DNA of 63,661 nt, counting the filler, from Syncephalis fuscata S228 (taxonomy: Eukaryota > Fungi > Zoopagomycota), in the NCBI GenBank assembly GCA_025786725.1. It is 3 parts of 3 records of this genome, joined end to end, with 100 filler letters (N's around TTAATTAATTAA, not from the genome) between each part and the next. Parts side by side here need not be neighbours in the genome. Positions count along the whole stretch, not along the records: positions 41,383 to 63,661 come from JAHLTZ010000143.1; 2 more parts are not named here. The stretch is one strand, 5' to 3'. Numbering within the stretch: position 1 is the first letter of the stretch; each line of letters opens with the position of its first letter. The notes below the pieces were generated by a model that was given only the letters and a program-made list of their open reading frames with translations, did not search any database and was not told the origin of the DNA. This document shows positions 51,791 through 63,661 of the stretch, piece after piece. The translations under genes were made by a program, and so were the position numbers.

Positions 51791-54700
51791 AAAAACTAAC
51801 ACTAACATTGTATTTATTATTTTAGATTCGTAGGTAGCCGGCCATGGACACCCAGCGTAAGTATTATTATTATACATAGCCGGCCGCTAGCACACTAAAA
51901 CCAAATATGCAATAACAATTCAAGACAATTGTCTACTAACGTACTAACATTGTATTTATTGTTTTAGAATTGTAGGTAGCCGGCCGCTAACACACTAATT
52001 GCCATTTTAAGTAAGTAAGTAATGTGATAAAGCAGTTGTAGCAGTATCCATCATAATTTGTATGTGGTGGTATACCGCCACCAATAAACGGTGGTATACC
52101 ATCACAACAATAGCAACAATAGCAACAATAGCAACTTCACAAGTACTTGATGTGACATCATCAAGACTAATTGATACTATTGCTATCAATTAACAGCAAG
52201 ATTAAAAAAGAATATTGGATCAATTAATAATATATTATTTATTGGTAATATCCAAGTGATTAGTAATTGATATTACCAAACAATATCCAAGCAAAGCATT
52301 AAATAAAAGCACATAGCTACTAAATAAGTAGATGCAAAGCTTTATACTTTTGCATCTCAATCAAAAAATCAATACAATATAGTTTATTGTATTTAATCAA
52401 GTGAATTGTGACAATAAATATTATACAATTAGTATGTGTTGCACATACTAACTAATGATTAAACAATTTAACAATGCTTATAGTATGATCAGCAGATCAA
52501 AAGGCAATATTTAAAAGCATTTAACGTACTGAACATGATAATGGATGATGAATAAATAAAATAGAAAATAGACATTAATGTAGAAGTATTATCCAGTAAG
52601 CATATATCCAGTGTGCATATACTTAATATGCATACATACAGTATTTACATATATCATTGTATGATATCGTGTGTATATCATATTAATTGTAGGAAGCAAT
52701 ATACACGACTCATTCATGTCAGTATGTTATAGTGCTTATAACATGCAATGATTTATATTAATTATTACCTCACATATATGATGTATTGCATCGGTAGATT
52801 GACATTCATATATTGAATAATAGAATTTAGCACTCATTACCATAAAAGTTATGTACGTTTATATACACAGATGTAACATTAACTAAACAATATTTTGCAA
52901 TTTAATTATTGATATAGGACATATATTGACAGACATATACTAATTGAATAATGGAACAAATAAAGAAGGAATTAATTGAATAAATGAGTGATTGACTAAT
53001 TGACGGACAAATTGAATAACTAAATAAGCAACTAATTTACCAACTGCCCAACTAAATGATCAACTAATTGAATAAACGACTAACTAAATGAACAACTAAT
53101 TTCCCAACTAATTTCCCAACTATTGACTAACTAGTTGGCATAATTTCCCAACTAATTGACTAACAATATTACAGACTAACGACTCGACTAATTCGTAGAC
53201 ATTAATAATCAACAATATAAGAAGTAGACAACCAATTGCATAAATGATTGAACAATAGACTAAATAACAGAATGGTTGACAGATCGACAGACTGGTCAAC
53301 TAACGGATTGAGTAAGCATTAAATGACAGATTGACAGACACACTAAATAAAGAATAATTGACAGACAGACAGACAAAAAACTAATTGATTAAATGACCAA
53401 CTAACAAATAACTAACCGACAGATCGACCAACTAACAAATGAAATGATAGACAGACTAACTAACTGAACAACTGAAGTATAGATAGTGTGAAGCATAGGT
53501 AGTTTAGCCATCACATTTTCAATATATTTATTTTAGCACAATTTAGGGATGAAGTGTATATATGTTTATATACATAGATACAGCATCAACTAAGCAATGG
53601 TTTGCAAGTTATTTGAATGTGCTAGCTTGTATATTGACAACTTTTACTAGTAGGCCAATTTACTCAAGATATGAGTAAAAATGGCAATAATTAGCCGATA
53701 ATTGCCCAGTAGACTAACTAACAGAATAATGGACTAAACAACGGAATAATAGACTAAGTATTTGAATAAAGGTATAATTGACTAAGGAATTGAATAATAG
53801 ACTAAATAATTGAAGAATGGTATAATTGAATAATGGTATAATTGACTAAATAATGGCTCAAATGACATGAGAGTGGGTGACAATGAAACAGAATGAACAG
53901 GAGATGAAGAAACAACAATAAAACAGACAACGATTTTTTTTATTTTTTTGAAAATATTTTTGACAATTATTTGACAATTATTTAGGGCTAATGAAGATAG
54001 GGCTTGACAAAATAGGGCTAAAATAAGAAAAATAAGACAAAAATGAAAAATGAAGGAAAATGAACAAGAAGTTACAGAACAACTATACGAGCGTAGCGAG
54101 TTAGAAAACAACAAGAACAACGACAATAGAACAACAACAACAACAACAACAAGAGAAGAGAGAGACAACAAAGGGTTCTACCACTACGGGACCTAGTATT
54201 GGAGTTCGAAAAACGGTCACGCTAATGGCTTCATATTAGGAAGGTGCCATTCAAGCAGTAGTGCTGTGGCAATGTGCTGTGCAGATTGAGGCCAATATGA
54301 GTAAAATACAACGAGTAAAGTGACCATTACATAGATAAATACGTAAAAACAACGCGGGGAAGCGAGTGATGCGTAAACTACGTAAAACAAACAAAACAAA
54401 CAAAATACGGTAGCTGAACTACGAGTAATGACCTGCAAGAACCATACTGACTGGTCATTAGCTGAAATTACTGCAATGACTGCAATGACTGCACTAGAAT
54501 AGGCCAATTGACCCCCAGTAGCCAGTATACCATACACCAATCAACACACTATCATAATAAACAAATTATAGCAATAAATAAACAAATTTATTTGTATACT
54601 TATTATTTTTACCAATATTTGACCAATATTGCTATGATATGCATATACAATTCTGAATAAAAACAATAAATATTTACACATCGCATTTTATTGATCCATT

Positions 54701-56399
54701 ATAACCAGAATTGTCGTCTGAGTACGCAGAACCAATCGGATTTGCTGTATATTTTTTCGTTAATTTACTATTAATTTTTAGTGTGTCCAGTTGTGACTGC
54801 GTAATATGGTAATTAGCGAACTGAGTGTAAGGAATGGCCAGTTTCAACTATAAAGCTAGCGTAAAATGGACAGCGCCAATCGATAGAGCGTGGCCATTAT
54901 ACTGTATAACAATATACAACAACACGCTATAAAATAAAACACATATGGTATACAACGTCAAATTTACAGTGATAAGTTACAGTGTACCACTATGGCCATT
55001 TCAAGTGCCCTCACAAAAGGGTTCTACCACTACGGGACCTAGTATTGGAGTTCGAAAAACGGTCACGCTAATGGCTTCATATTAGGAAGGTGCCATTCAA
55101 GCAGTAGTGCTGTGGCAATGTGCTGTGCAGATTGAGGCCAATATGAGTAAAATACAACGAGTAAAGTGACCATTACATAGATAAATACGTAAAAACAACG
55201 CAGGGGAAGCGAGTGATGCGTAAACTACGTAAAACAAACAAAACAAACAAAATACGGTAGCTGAACTACGAGTAATGACCTGCAAGAACCATACTGACTG
55301 GTCATTAGCTGAAATTACTGCAATGACTGCAATGACTGCACTAGAATAGGCCAAATTGACCCCCAGTAGCCAGTATACCATACACCAATCAACACACTAT
55401 CATAATAAACAAATTATAGCAATAAATAAACAAATTTATTTGTATACTTATTATTTTTACCAATATTTGACCAATATTGCTATGATATGCATATACAATT
55501 CTGAATAAAAACAATAAATATTTACACATCGCATTTTATTGGCTTATTATAACCAGAATTGTCGTCTGAGTACGCAGAACCAATCGGATTTGCTGTATAT
55601 TTTTTCGTTAATTTACTATTAATATTTTAGTGTGTCCAATTGTGACTGCGTAAACACGGTAATTAGCGAAATGAGTGTAATGAGTGACCAATTCAACTAT
55701 AAAGCTATGGTCAAATGGACAACGCCAATCGATAGAGTGTGGTCAATATACTGTATAACGATGTACAACGACATTATATTTATAAAAGTGTACAGCATAA
55801 ACAGAATGTGAATAATGCAAGTAAATGGAAGATATATGCATATTGGACAATACATTTACAACAATGAGTATTTGATGATTGACGTCACTTACCATCCACC
55901 ATCATGTTCAATACATTGAATGTGCAGTTCAACTACGCGAATGTTATCAATATAGTCATTTGACACCCAAATCATAATATAATCTAATGATTTGATAATT
56001 TAATAAAAATGATTATTCAATAAAATAAACGTTTAGTTTGACTGGGCGAGTGCTGTCAAACAAGTCAATTGGCACCAATCATAATAATTGTTTATTCATA
56101 TTACATCAGCACTTGCACCCACACTATAAAAACAGACTGCCGATCGCATAGCACACGATTTGCGTCACACGTTCCTCTTTCTCATCCACCACACTTGACA
56201 GCATTTATCCACTAGCCACCTTCCACTTGCACTTGTTTCCATAAGTTCAGTATATGCTTGCTTGCTATATGTCATTGTTAGTCTATTAGTATGAGCATGC
56301 CTAGTCTTGGTACTACATACCGCCCTGCTGTATGGCGCCATACAGCAGTGCTAGCGGTATCGTTTTACCTTGTGGGCAGCTGCTAGTATGCTAACTGTG

Positions 56400-56830
56400 G
56401 CAATATATGCTACCAAACATATACGTTATCTTCCTCTTTCTTTTCCTCTTTCTCTTCAACCTTTTTTTCACCAACCTTCCATTACTTACCGTACTAGCAA
56501 CAGTGTATGCTGGATATATGCTACCAAGCATACACTGTTCTCATCCTCTTTCTCTTCCCTCCTTCTTCCTCATCCTTTTCACCAACCTTCCATTACTTAC
56601 CGTACTAGCAACAGTGTATGCTGGATATATGCTACCAAGCATACACTATTGTCATCCTCTTTCACTTTACTCCTTCTTCCCTATCCTTTTCACCAACTTC
56701 CATTACTTACCGTACTAGCAACAGTGTATGCTGGATATATGCTACCAAGCATATACTGCTCCTTTCTCACCCTCTCCTCATCATTATCTCTATATCTTCC
56801 ATTGCTCACCGTGCTAGCAATAGTGTGTTT
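56400..56830 (+). repeat. ~118-bp tandem repeat, about 3.5 copies
   Basis: ttccattacttaccgtactagcaacagtgtatgctggatatatgctaccaagcatac at ~56477, 56588 and 56698. Confidence 0.9.
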
Positions 56831-57359
56831 AGCTACTGTAGTAGCATATAGTAGCACTCTGTACTGGCCATACAGCAGTGCCATTATATGCACTGCCTGT
56901 AAACACCTGCTAGCACGATGTTGCATTGGCAGCTCTTCTTCTCTTCCCTTTTCACTTTTAACAAACCACTTACCGGTCCTTCTTTATGATACACTGATTA
57001 TGCAATGGTAAGTAACTAACTTAAATCAGTCACTAACTCTGCATATAATGGTTTAGATTTACAAACCATCAAGTATCAAGTTCAAGGCAATGGCGATTAG
57101 TGTGTTAGCGGCCGGCTACCAAACAATATAACAACCAATGTTATATTGATGACTTTAGATTTAGATTACTAACTTACTAACCTGTATTTATAATTACAGC
57201 TTTATATTATAAATAAAAATCACCAAATTATTTTAGTGTGCTAGCGGCCGGCTACACAACATTGCAACATACTAACTTTATACATATATTGTTTTAAATT
57301 TTAGATACCGGATACTAACACTAACATTTATTGATTATTATAGATTTTAGATAGCCGGA

Positions 57360-58145
57360 CACCCAGTACCAACACCGGCATCAACACCAGCACCAGTACC
57401 AACACCGGTATCAGCACCAACATTGACACCAGCACCAGCACCAGCACCGGCATCAGCACCAACACCGGCATCGACATCACACCAACACCAACACCAGCAT
57501 CAGCACCAACACCAGTACCAGCATCAGCATCAGCACCAACATCGACACCAGCACCAGCACCAGTACCAGCACCGGCATCAGCACCAACACCAGCATCGGC
57601 ATCAACACCAGCACCAACATCGACATCAGCACCAGCACCGGCATCAGCACCAGCACCGGCATCAGCACCAGCACCAGTACCAGCACCGGCATCATCACCG
57701 ACATCAACACCAACACCAACACAGCACCAACACCAACATCGACACCAGCGCCAACACCAGCACCAGCATCGGCATTAACACCAGCACCAGCACCAGCACC
57801 AACACACATCCACCAGCACCAGTACCACACCGACATCAGCACCAGCACCAGTACCAACACCGACATCAGCACCAGCACCAGTACCAGCACCGGCATCAGC
57901 ACCAGCACCAGCATCGGCATCAACACCAACATCAGCACCAGCACCGGCACCGGCATCAACACCAGCATCAGCACCAGCACCAGCACCAACATCGACACCA
58001 GCACCAGCATTGGCATTAACACCAACACCAGCATCAGCATCAGCACCAGCATCAACATCAACACCAGCATTGGCACCAGTACCAGTATCAACATCGGCAC
58101 CGGCACCGGCACCAACATTAGTAACAACATCAACATTGGCATCAA
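57360..58145 (+). repeat. Hexamer minisatellite, second and shorter copy
   Basis: Same unit and flanks as 50590-51790. Confidence 0.95.
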
Positions 58146-59380
58146 CACTAAACACTAACATTGTATTTATTATTTTAGATTCGTAGGTAGCCGGCCATGG
58201 ACACCCAGCGTAAGTATTATTATTATACATAGCCGGCGCTAGCACACTAAAACCAAATATGCAATATCAATTCAGACAATTGTCTACTAACGTACTAACA
58301 TTGTATTTATTGTTTTAGCATTGTAGGTAGCCGGCCGCTAACACACTAATCGCCATTTTAAGTAAGTAATGTGATAAAGCAGTTGTAGCAGTATCCATCA
58401 TAATTTGTATGTGGTGGTATATCGCCACCAATAAACAGTGGTATACCATCACAACAATAGCAACAATAGCAACTTCACAAGTACTTGATGTGACATCATC
58501 AAGATTAATTGATACTATTGCTATCAATTAACAGCAAGATTAAAAAAGGATATTGGATCAATTAATAATATATATTATTTATTGGTAATATCCAAGAATT
58601 ATTTATTGATATTACCAAACAATATCCGAGCAAAGCATTAAATAAAGCACATAGCTACTAAATAAGTAGATGCAAAGGTTTATACTTTTGCATCTCAATC
58701 AAAAAATCAATACAATATAGTTTATTGTATCTAATCAAGTGAATTGTGACAATAAATAATTATACAATTAGTATATGTTGCACATACTAACTAATGATTA
58801 AACAATTTAACAATGCTTATAGTATGATCAGCAGATCAAATGGCAATATTTTAAAAGCATTTAATGTACTGAACATGATAATGGATGATGAATAAATAAA
58901 ATATAAAATAGACATTAATGTAGATGTATTATCCAGTAAGCATATATCCAATGTGTATATACTCAATATGCATACATCCATTATTTACATATATCATTGT
59001 ATGATATCGTGTGTATATTATATTAATTGTAAAAGCAATATACACGACTCATTCACGTCAGTATGTTATAGTACTTATAACATGCAATGATTTATATTAA
59101 TTATTACCTTACATATATGATGTATTGCATCGGTAGATTGACACTCACATATTGAAGAATAGAATTACTCATTACCATAAGAGTTATTGTAACGATATTA
59201 TATTCGTTACGGGAAATAATTGTATAATTTAAATATTATGCAATTATTTTCCCACAACACCTTAAATTAAGACTCCGCAAAGCTTATAAATAACACACAT
59301 TTCTGTTTAATAAAAATAATCTTTATTCCATTATATCCTATTTTACGGTTGTTACATTGGTAGCAACGGGTAGTTACTAG

Positions 59381-59718
59381 TATTTGCGTTTGTCGCACCG
59401 TTTATTTTGCGTTTGTCGCACCGTTTATTTTTGCGTTTGTCGCACCGTTTATTTTGCGTTTGTCGCACCGTTTATTTTTGCGTTTGTCGCACCGTTTATT
59501 TTGCGTTTGTCGCACCGTTATTTTTGCGTTTGTCGCACCGTTATTTTTGCGTTTGTCGCACCGTTTATTTTTGCGTTTGTCGCACCGTTTATTTTGCGTT
59601 TGTCGCACCGTTATTTTTGCGTTTGTCGCACCGTTATTTTGCGTTTGTCGCACCGTTATTTTTGCGTTTGTCGCACCGTTATTTTGCGTTTGTCGCACCG
59701 TATATCGCGTTTGTCGCA
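59381..59718 (+). repeat. 22-24 bp tandem repeat, about 14 copies, in the 5' leader of family 2
   Basis: (t)ttattt(t)tgcgtttgtcgcaccg repeated directly with no spacers. Confidence 0.97.
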
Positions 59719-59833
59719 TTGTCCTCTTTTCAATTTTATTTATTTTTGCTTATCAGTGTTTGAAAATAAGCACCGCTGTTTTAAAATTACGATTCAGTAT
59801 ATAGTACACGTTGAGACTGATTTTATTCTCACC

Positions 59834-60691
59834 ATGAATTCCCGCTCACCACTCACACACACCGAAAAGTTCACCGGTGATTCCAGTTTGCCTGTGGAAC
59901 ATTGGTGTAACATGGTAGAAGACGCATGGGAATTGGGTACATTTACAGACGAACAAAAACGTATAATGGCGTCCCAACAACTATCGGGACCAGCGGCAGT
60001 TTGGTATCAATCGATACGCGGCGGTAATACGCCATATAGCACGTGGGAACAACTGAGGGACGGAATTTTAGAACGTTTTGGTGGCAATCGATCAGCGGAC
60101 ATCGCGCGTTTGGAACTCACACGATTGCGCTGGACAGAAGATAAAGACATTGAAGAACATATTACAAATTTCACAGCACTGCGTAGCCGAATTCCAGATG
60201 CCGCTGACATGGAATTGGTTACGGCATTTCGACTTACGTTGCCGCCGGAATACTTAACCGATTCGATACATAATAAACCCACCAATATCAACGAAGCTTA
60301 TGCTTCCACACGTGCTTTCTATTACTCAAGGAAACATGGATTACAACACTTAATACCACCACCAACTAAATCTAATAACGGCCCAACACCAATGGATTTA
60401 GATACTATAGTCCAAGCTTTAAATAGTTTAGGTTTTATTAATAATCGTAGCAGCAATAATAGCAACAGCAGTAATTACAATAACCGTAACAATTACAATA
60501 ACGGGCCTAAATGTTACACATGTAACAAACGTGGTCATCTAGCCAGAAATTGTAATCGCAATAACAACCGTAATTACAATAACCGCGATAACAACAATCA
60601 ACAACAATCTAACAGCTTAGATTTACAATCAACAAATGTCGACGTCCAAGCAAACAACAACGTAATTCAGGGAAACGACAACCGTCAGTAA
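59834..60691 (+). CDS. gag: Gag, family 2
   Basis: EKFTGD, LSGPAAVWY, GPTPMDLD and CYTCNKRGHLARNC knuckle. ATG in ACCATG context. Confidence 0.92.
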   Translation: MNSRSPLTHTEKFTGDSSLPVEHWCNMVEDAWELGTFTDEQKRIMASQQLSGPAAVWYQSIRGGNTPYSTWEQLRDGILERFGGNRSADIARLELTRLRWTEDKDIEEHITNFTALRSRIPDAADMELVTAFRLTLPPEYLTDSIHNKPTNINEAYASTRAFYYSRKHGLQHLIPPPTKSNNGPTPMDLDTIVQALNSLGFINNRSSNNSNSSNYNNRNNYNNGPKCYTCNKRGHLARNCNRNNNRNYNNRDNNNQQQSNSLDLQSTNVDVQANNNVIQGNDNRQ

Positions 60692-60716
60692 TTAAGTGCG
60701 GCACACTTACTGACGG
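60670..60716 (+). promoter_or_regulatory. -1 ribosomal frameshift signal, family 2
   Basis: G GGA AAC heptamer, then the 10-bp stem CCGTCAGTAA/TTACTGACGG. Confidence 0.82.
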
Positions 60717-63179
60717 CCAGGTTGCCGCTAATACTCCGATACCACCCGGATTTGAGCAGTCTACACTCATTCAAGGTCGCGCTAGCTCCGGTTTAATTAC
60801 AGTAGCACCCACAATCAATGGTGTTCCAGCCCATGTATTAATCGATTCTGGTGCATCCACCAACTTTATGGATATTGAATTTGCCAAGAGGGCTCAAGTA
60901 CATGTTACGAAACAAGCAAATTCAACCAATGTAAAGTTGGGAAATGGTATGGAGTGCGGTGTATCTGGTACTGCTAATAAAGTGCCTATTATTTTCAATT
61001 ATCTGAAAGAACAAATTGATTTTACTATTATGAAATTGGGCAACTATAATGCAGTGCTAGGTATGCCATGGTTAAGAAAACATGAAGCGCAAGTAGATTG
61101 GAAGACCGGTGTTATTAATTCTAATTGTAATTCAGCACCCAAAAGTACATTAGAAATTATCGACAAAATTCAGCCTTCATTCATGTCAATAGAAGAAGTC
61201 GAGCAAACAGAAGCCAATGATATGATTTTATTAGCGATGATAAAAGAAAACAAAGAAAAAAATGATACATCGTTAAATGGCCGTTACGCGCGATTGTTGG
61301 GTGAATTTGCCGATGTTGGACCAGAAGAATTACCACCTGGTTTACCACCAAAAAGAGACATTGATATATATCAATTTGGTGCCACATCAGCAGCCACCAT
61401 TTCGGCCTACATACCATCTGGCAAAGAAAGAGTTAGACGAGTTGAAGAAACAGATCGATGATTTGTTAGAAAAAGGCTTTATTAGGCCTAGTACATCACC
61501 ATTTGGTGCACCTGTACTATTTGTGCGGAAGAAAGGAGGTGATTTACGTATGTGTGTGGATTACAGAATGTTAAACGCACAAACAATTCGTGATCGTTAT
61601 GCGTTGCCACTGATCGATGAATTATTCGATCAGTTACATGGGGCGAAAGTATTCTCAAAAATAGATTTGAGAAGTGGATATCATCAAATAAGAGTAAATG
61701 AAGATGATATTCACAAAACAGCGTTTAGAACGCGCTATGGGCATTATGAGTGGACGGTGATGGGATTTGGATTGACTAATGCACCGTCAGTATTTATGCG
61801 ATTAATGCATAATGTATTTCATAAATTACTAGACAAGTGTGTAGTGGTATTTTTGGATGATATTTTAATATTTAGTAAAAATCATACCGAACATGAGTGG
61901 CACTTACGGCAAGTGCTACAATTACTAAGAGAAAACAAATTATATGCCAAATTAAGCAAATGTGAATTTGGTAAAGATGAGGTGGAATTTTTGGGACATA
62001 TTGTTAGTGGCGATGGTATAAGACCACTACACGATAAAGTAATGGCTATTGCAAATTGGCCTATACCAAACAATCTGAAAGAACTGCGCTCTTTCCTCGG
62101 ACTAACTGGCTATTATAGACGGTTTATTCGTGGATATGCTGATACTGCACGGCATTTAAGTCAATTGACTAAGAATGATGAGCCATTCACATGGGGAGAT
62201 AATCAAAATACAGCATTTGACACACTACGTAATGCGATAGTTACAGCACCGGTATTGGCTATACCAAATGTTAATGCGCCATTTATCGTTACTACGGATG
62301 CATCGGATTATGCAATTGGTGCAGTATTATCACAAATAACTGATAATAATGAACATCCTGTTGCATTTATGTCACGTATATTACAGGCAGCCGAAAAGAA
62401 TTATGCTACATACGATAAAGAAATGTTAGCTATTCTAGAAGCTACTAAGTTATGGCGCCCATATCTTAGTTATGGCCATTTCGTAATATATACTGACCAT
62501 GCACCGCTTACGCGCCTGTTTAAGCAAAAGGAAATGTCATCACGCCAACGCGTTGGATTGAGCAGTTGCATCAATATGATTTTGATATCATATATAAGCC
62601 AGGCTGTGCTAATGTTGTAGCCGATGCATTATCACGACGTACATCGCCTAGTTATAACGCTATAAATGCTACAAACTCTCTTTATTCCAACAGCGTGTTT
62701 TAGCTGGTTACGATCATGATGAACACTTTACAGGTGTAAAGAATGTTCTTATGGGAGGAAGGGCTGCAGGCAATGCTGCGGCAGTTAAAATTTCGCGACA
62801 TTTTCGGCTTGATGATCATGGATTAATGTACGAGTTAAAAGACATTGAACCACGATTATGCATACCAAATTACGATAATCTATATTTGGATATACTTAAT
62901 GATCATCACGATGCAGCTGCTCACTTCGGCGAAGAAAAGACTATTGCAGCAATTAAGCGTAAATATTATTGGCCTGGATTGTCCAACATGACAAAGCGTT
63001 ATATTAGGTCATGTGAAGTGTGCCAACGCACTAAACACTCCCAGCAGTTACCTGGTGGACTATTGCAACCACTTCAAATTCCGGAAGGACGTTGGCGCGA
63101 TATTGCAATGGATTTTATAGTGCAATTGCCACGTACTAGTAGTGGTTATGATGCTATTTTTGTTGTAGTCGACCGCTTT
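60670..63179 (+). CDS. pol: Pol, family 2 (frameshifts near 61370, 62550 and 62700; truncated by insertion)
   Basis: LIDSGA, FLDD, TDAS, HHCC and MDFIVQLP. Confidence 0.93.
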
Positions 63180-63661
63180 TGTAACAAAAATTCTCCCTCA
63201 TTTATTATTACCATTTTTAGACATTATGATCGGTGTTTAAACACACCGATCATCACACATGGTCCACGATGAAGTTAACACTCCGCCACCGCGTATTGTT
63301 TTATCTTTATCTTTTATCTTTATCTTTTATTTCTTTTATTTTTATTTTATTTTCTTTTATTGTTCTACTTAGATATTCCATATACCAATAGAACAATATA
63401 AATACGCGTATGATTATGACCACAAATAAAGACATTAGTTCACTTTCAATATTCATTTTTATTTTATACATTATTGTATTGTGACTCGTAGTAACCGCAA
63501 CAGTTCGCTGTATCTACGGTTACATATGGTAGCAACGGGTAGTTTAAACCTATCCACCTCGTTGCCTTGACTTACAGTGATATGAACCAACGACGTGGTG
63601 CGAAATACTTCGACCACGAAACAAGCCCGTCAATCTTTCGCCGACGAACTCATCCAAGATC
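63180..63661 (+). mobile_element. Ty3/Gypsy family 1 copy C: 5' LTR (63180-63524), PBS and start of gag, running off the window
   Basis: Reverse complement of ~49584-50057 with small indels. Confidence 0.96.

Larger units (their letters stand above)
50058..59187. repeat. Head-to-tail macro-repeat or non-autonomous element: 50058-52851 matches 56825-59187, and 54172-54920 matches 55018-55770
   Basis: Long direct matches visible in both sequence and ORF track. No recognisable protein domain. Confidence 0.85.
59188..63179 (+). mobile_element. Ty3/Gypsy LTR retrotransposon family 2, interrupted in integrase by family 1 copy C
   Basis: 169-bp LTR-like segment 59188-59356 (TGTAAC..GTTACA), PBS, gag, and pol PR-RT-RH-IN up to IFVVVDRF. 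Confidence 0.95.

Noticed and set aside
50556-58245. Poly-LV/LM membrane proteins and poly-HQ proteins from the ORF track
   Set aside because: Alternative readings of a stop-poor hexamer minisatellite, with frames that differ between the two copies.
59381-59718. CRISPR array or gag N-terminal extension
   Set aside because: Direct tandem repeats with no spacers. The overlapping repetitive ORFs are artefacts, and gag likely starts at 59834.

Overview
AT-rich, intron-rich eukaryotic DNA from an early-diverging fungus (short GT-AG introns with CTAAC/CTAAT branch points; a Zoopagomycota-like origin is inference). There are two N gaps and many single-base frameshifts that are probably assembly errors. 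The left 41 kb holds host genes: WDR48/UAF1, a SAM methyltransferase, WBP1, the EMC1 3' half, two secreted kinase-like genes, RNase T2, an F-box-like gene and a large metallophosphoesterase (DUF2433-like)/multi-RRM gene. It also holds two decayed Fanzor/TnpB-like remnants. The right 22 kb is a nest of Ty3/Gypsy LTR retrotransposons (two families) inserted into each other and into a head-to-tail macro-repeat. The main discovery is at 8112-11867. What looks like an ~82-bp satellite is an array of paralogous introns separating 29 microexons of 3 or 6 nt. Spliced to a signal-peptide exon they give one uninterrupted ORF for a 65-aa secreted six-cysteine peptide (MKLSIIVVCTIVVAIVAVTTIVDANPVLVRRLDSEQCRDCKDDCALHYRGSVGQCRANLCKQYCE*), roughly one codon per exon.
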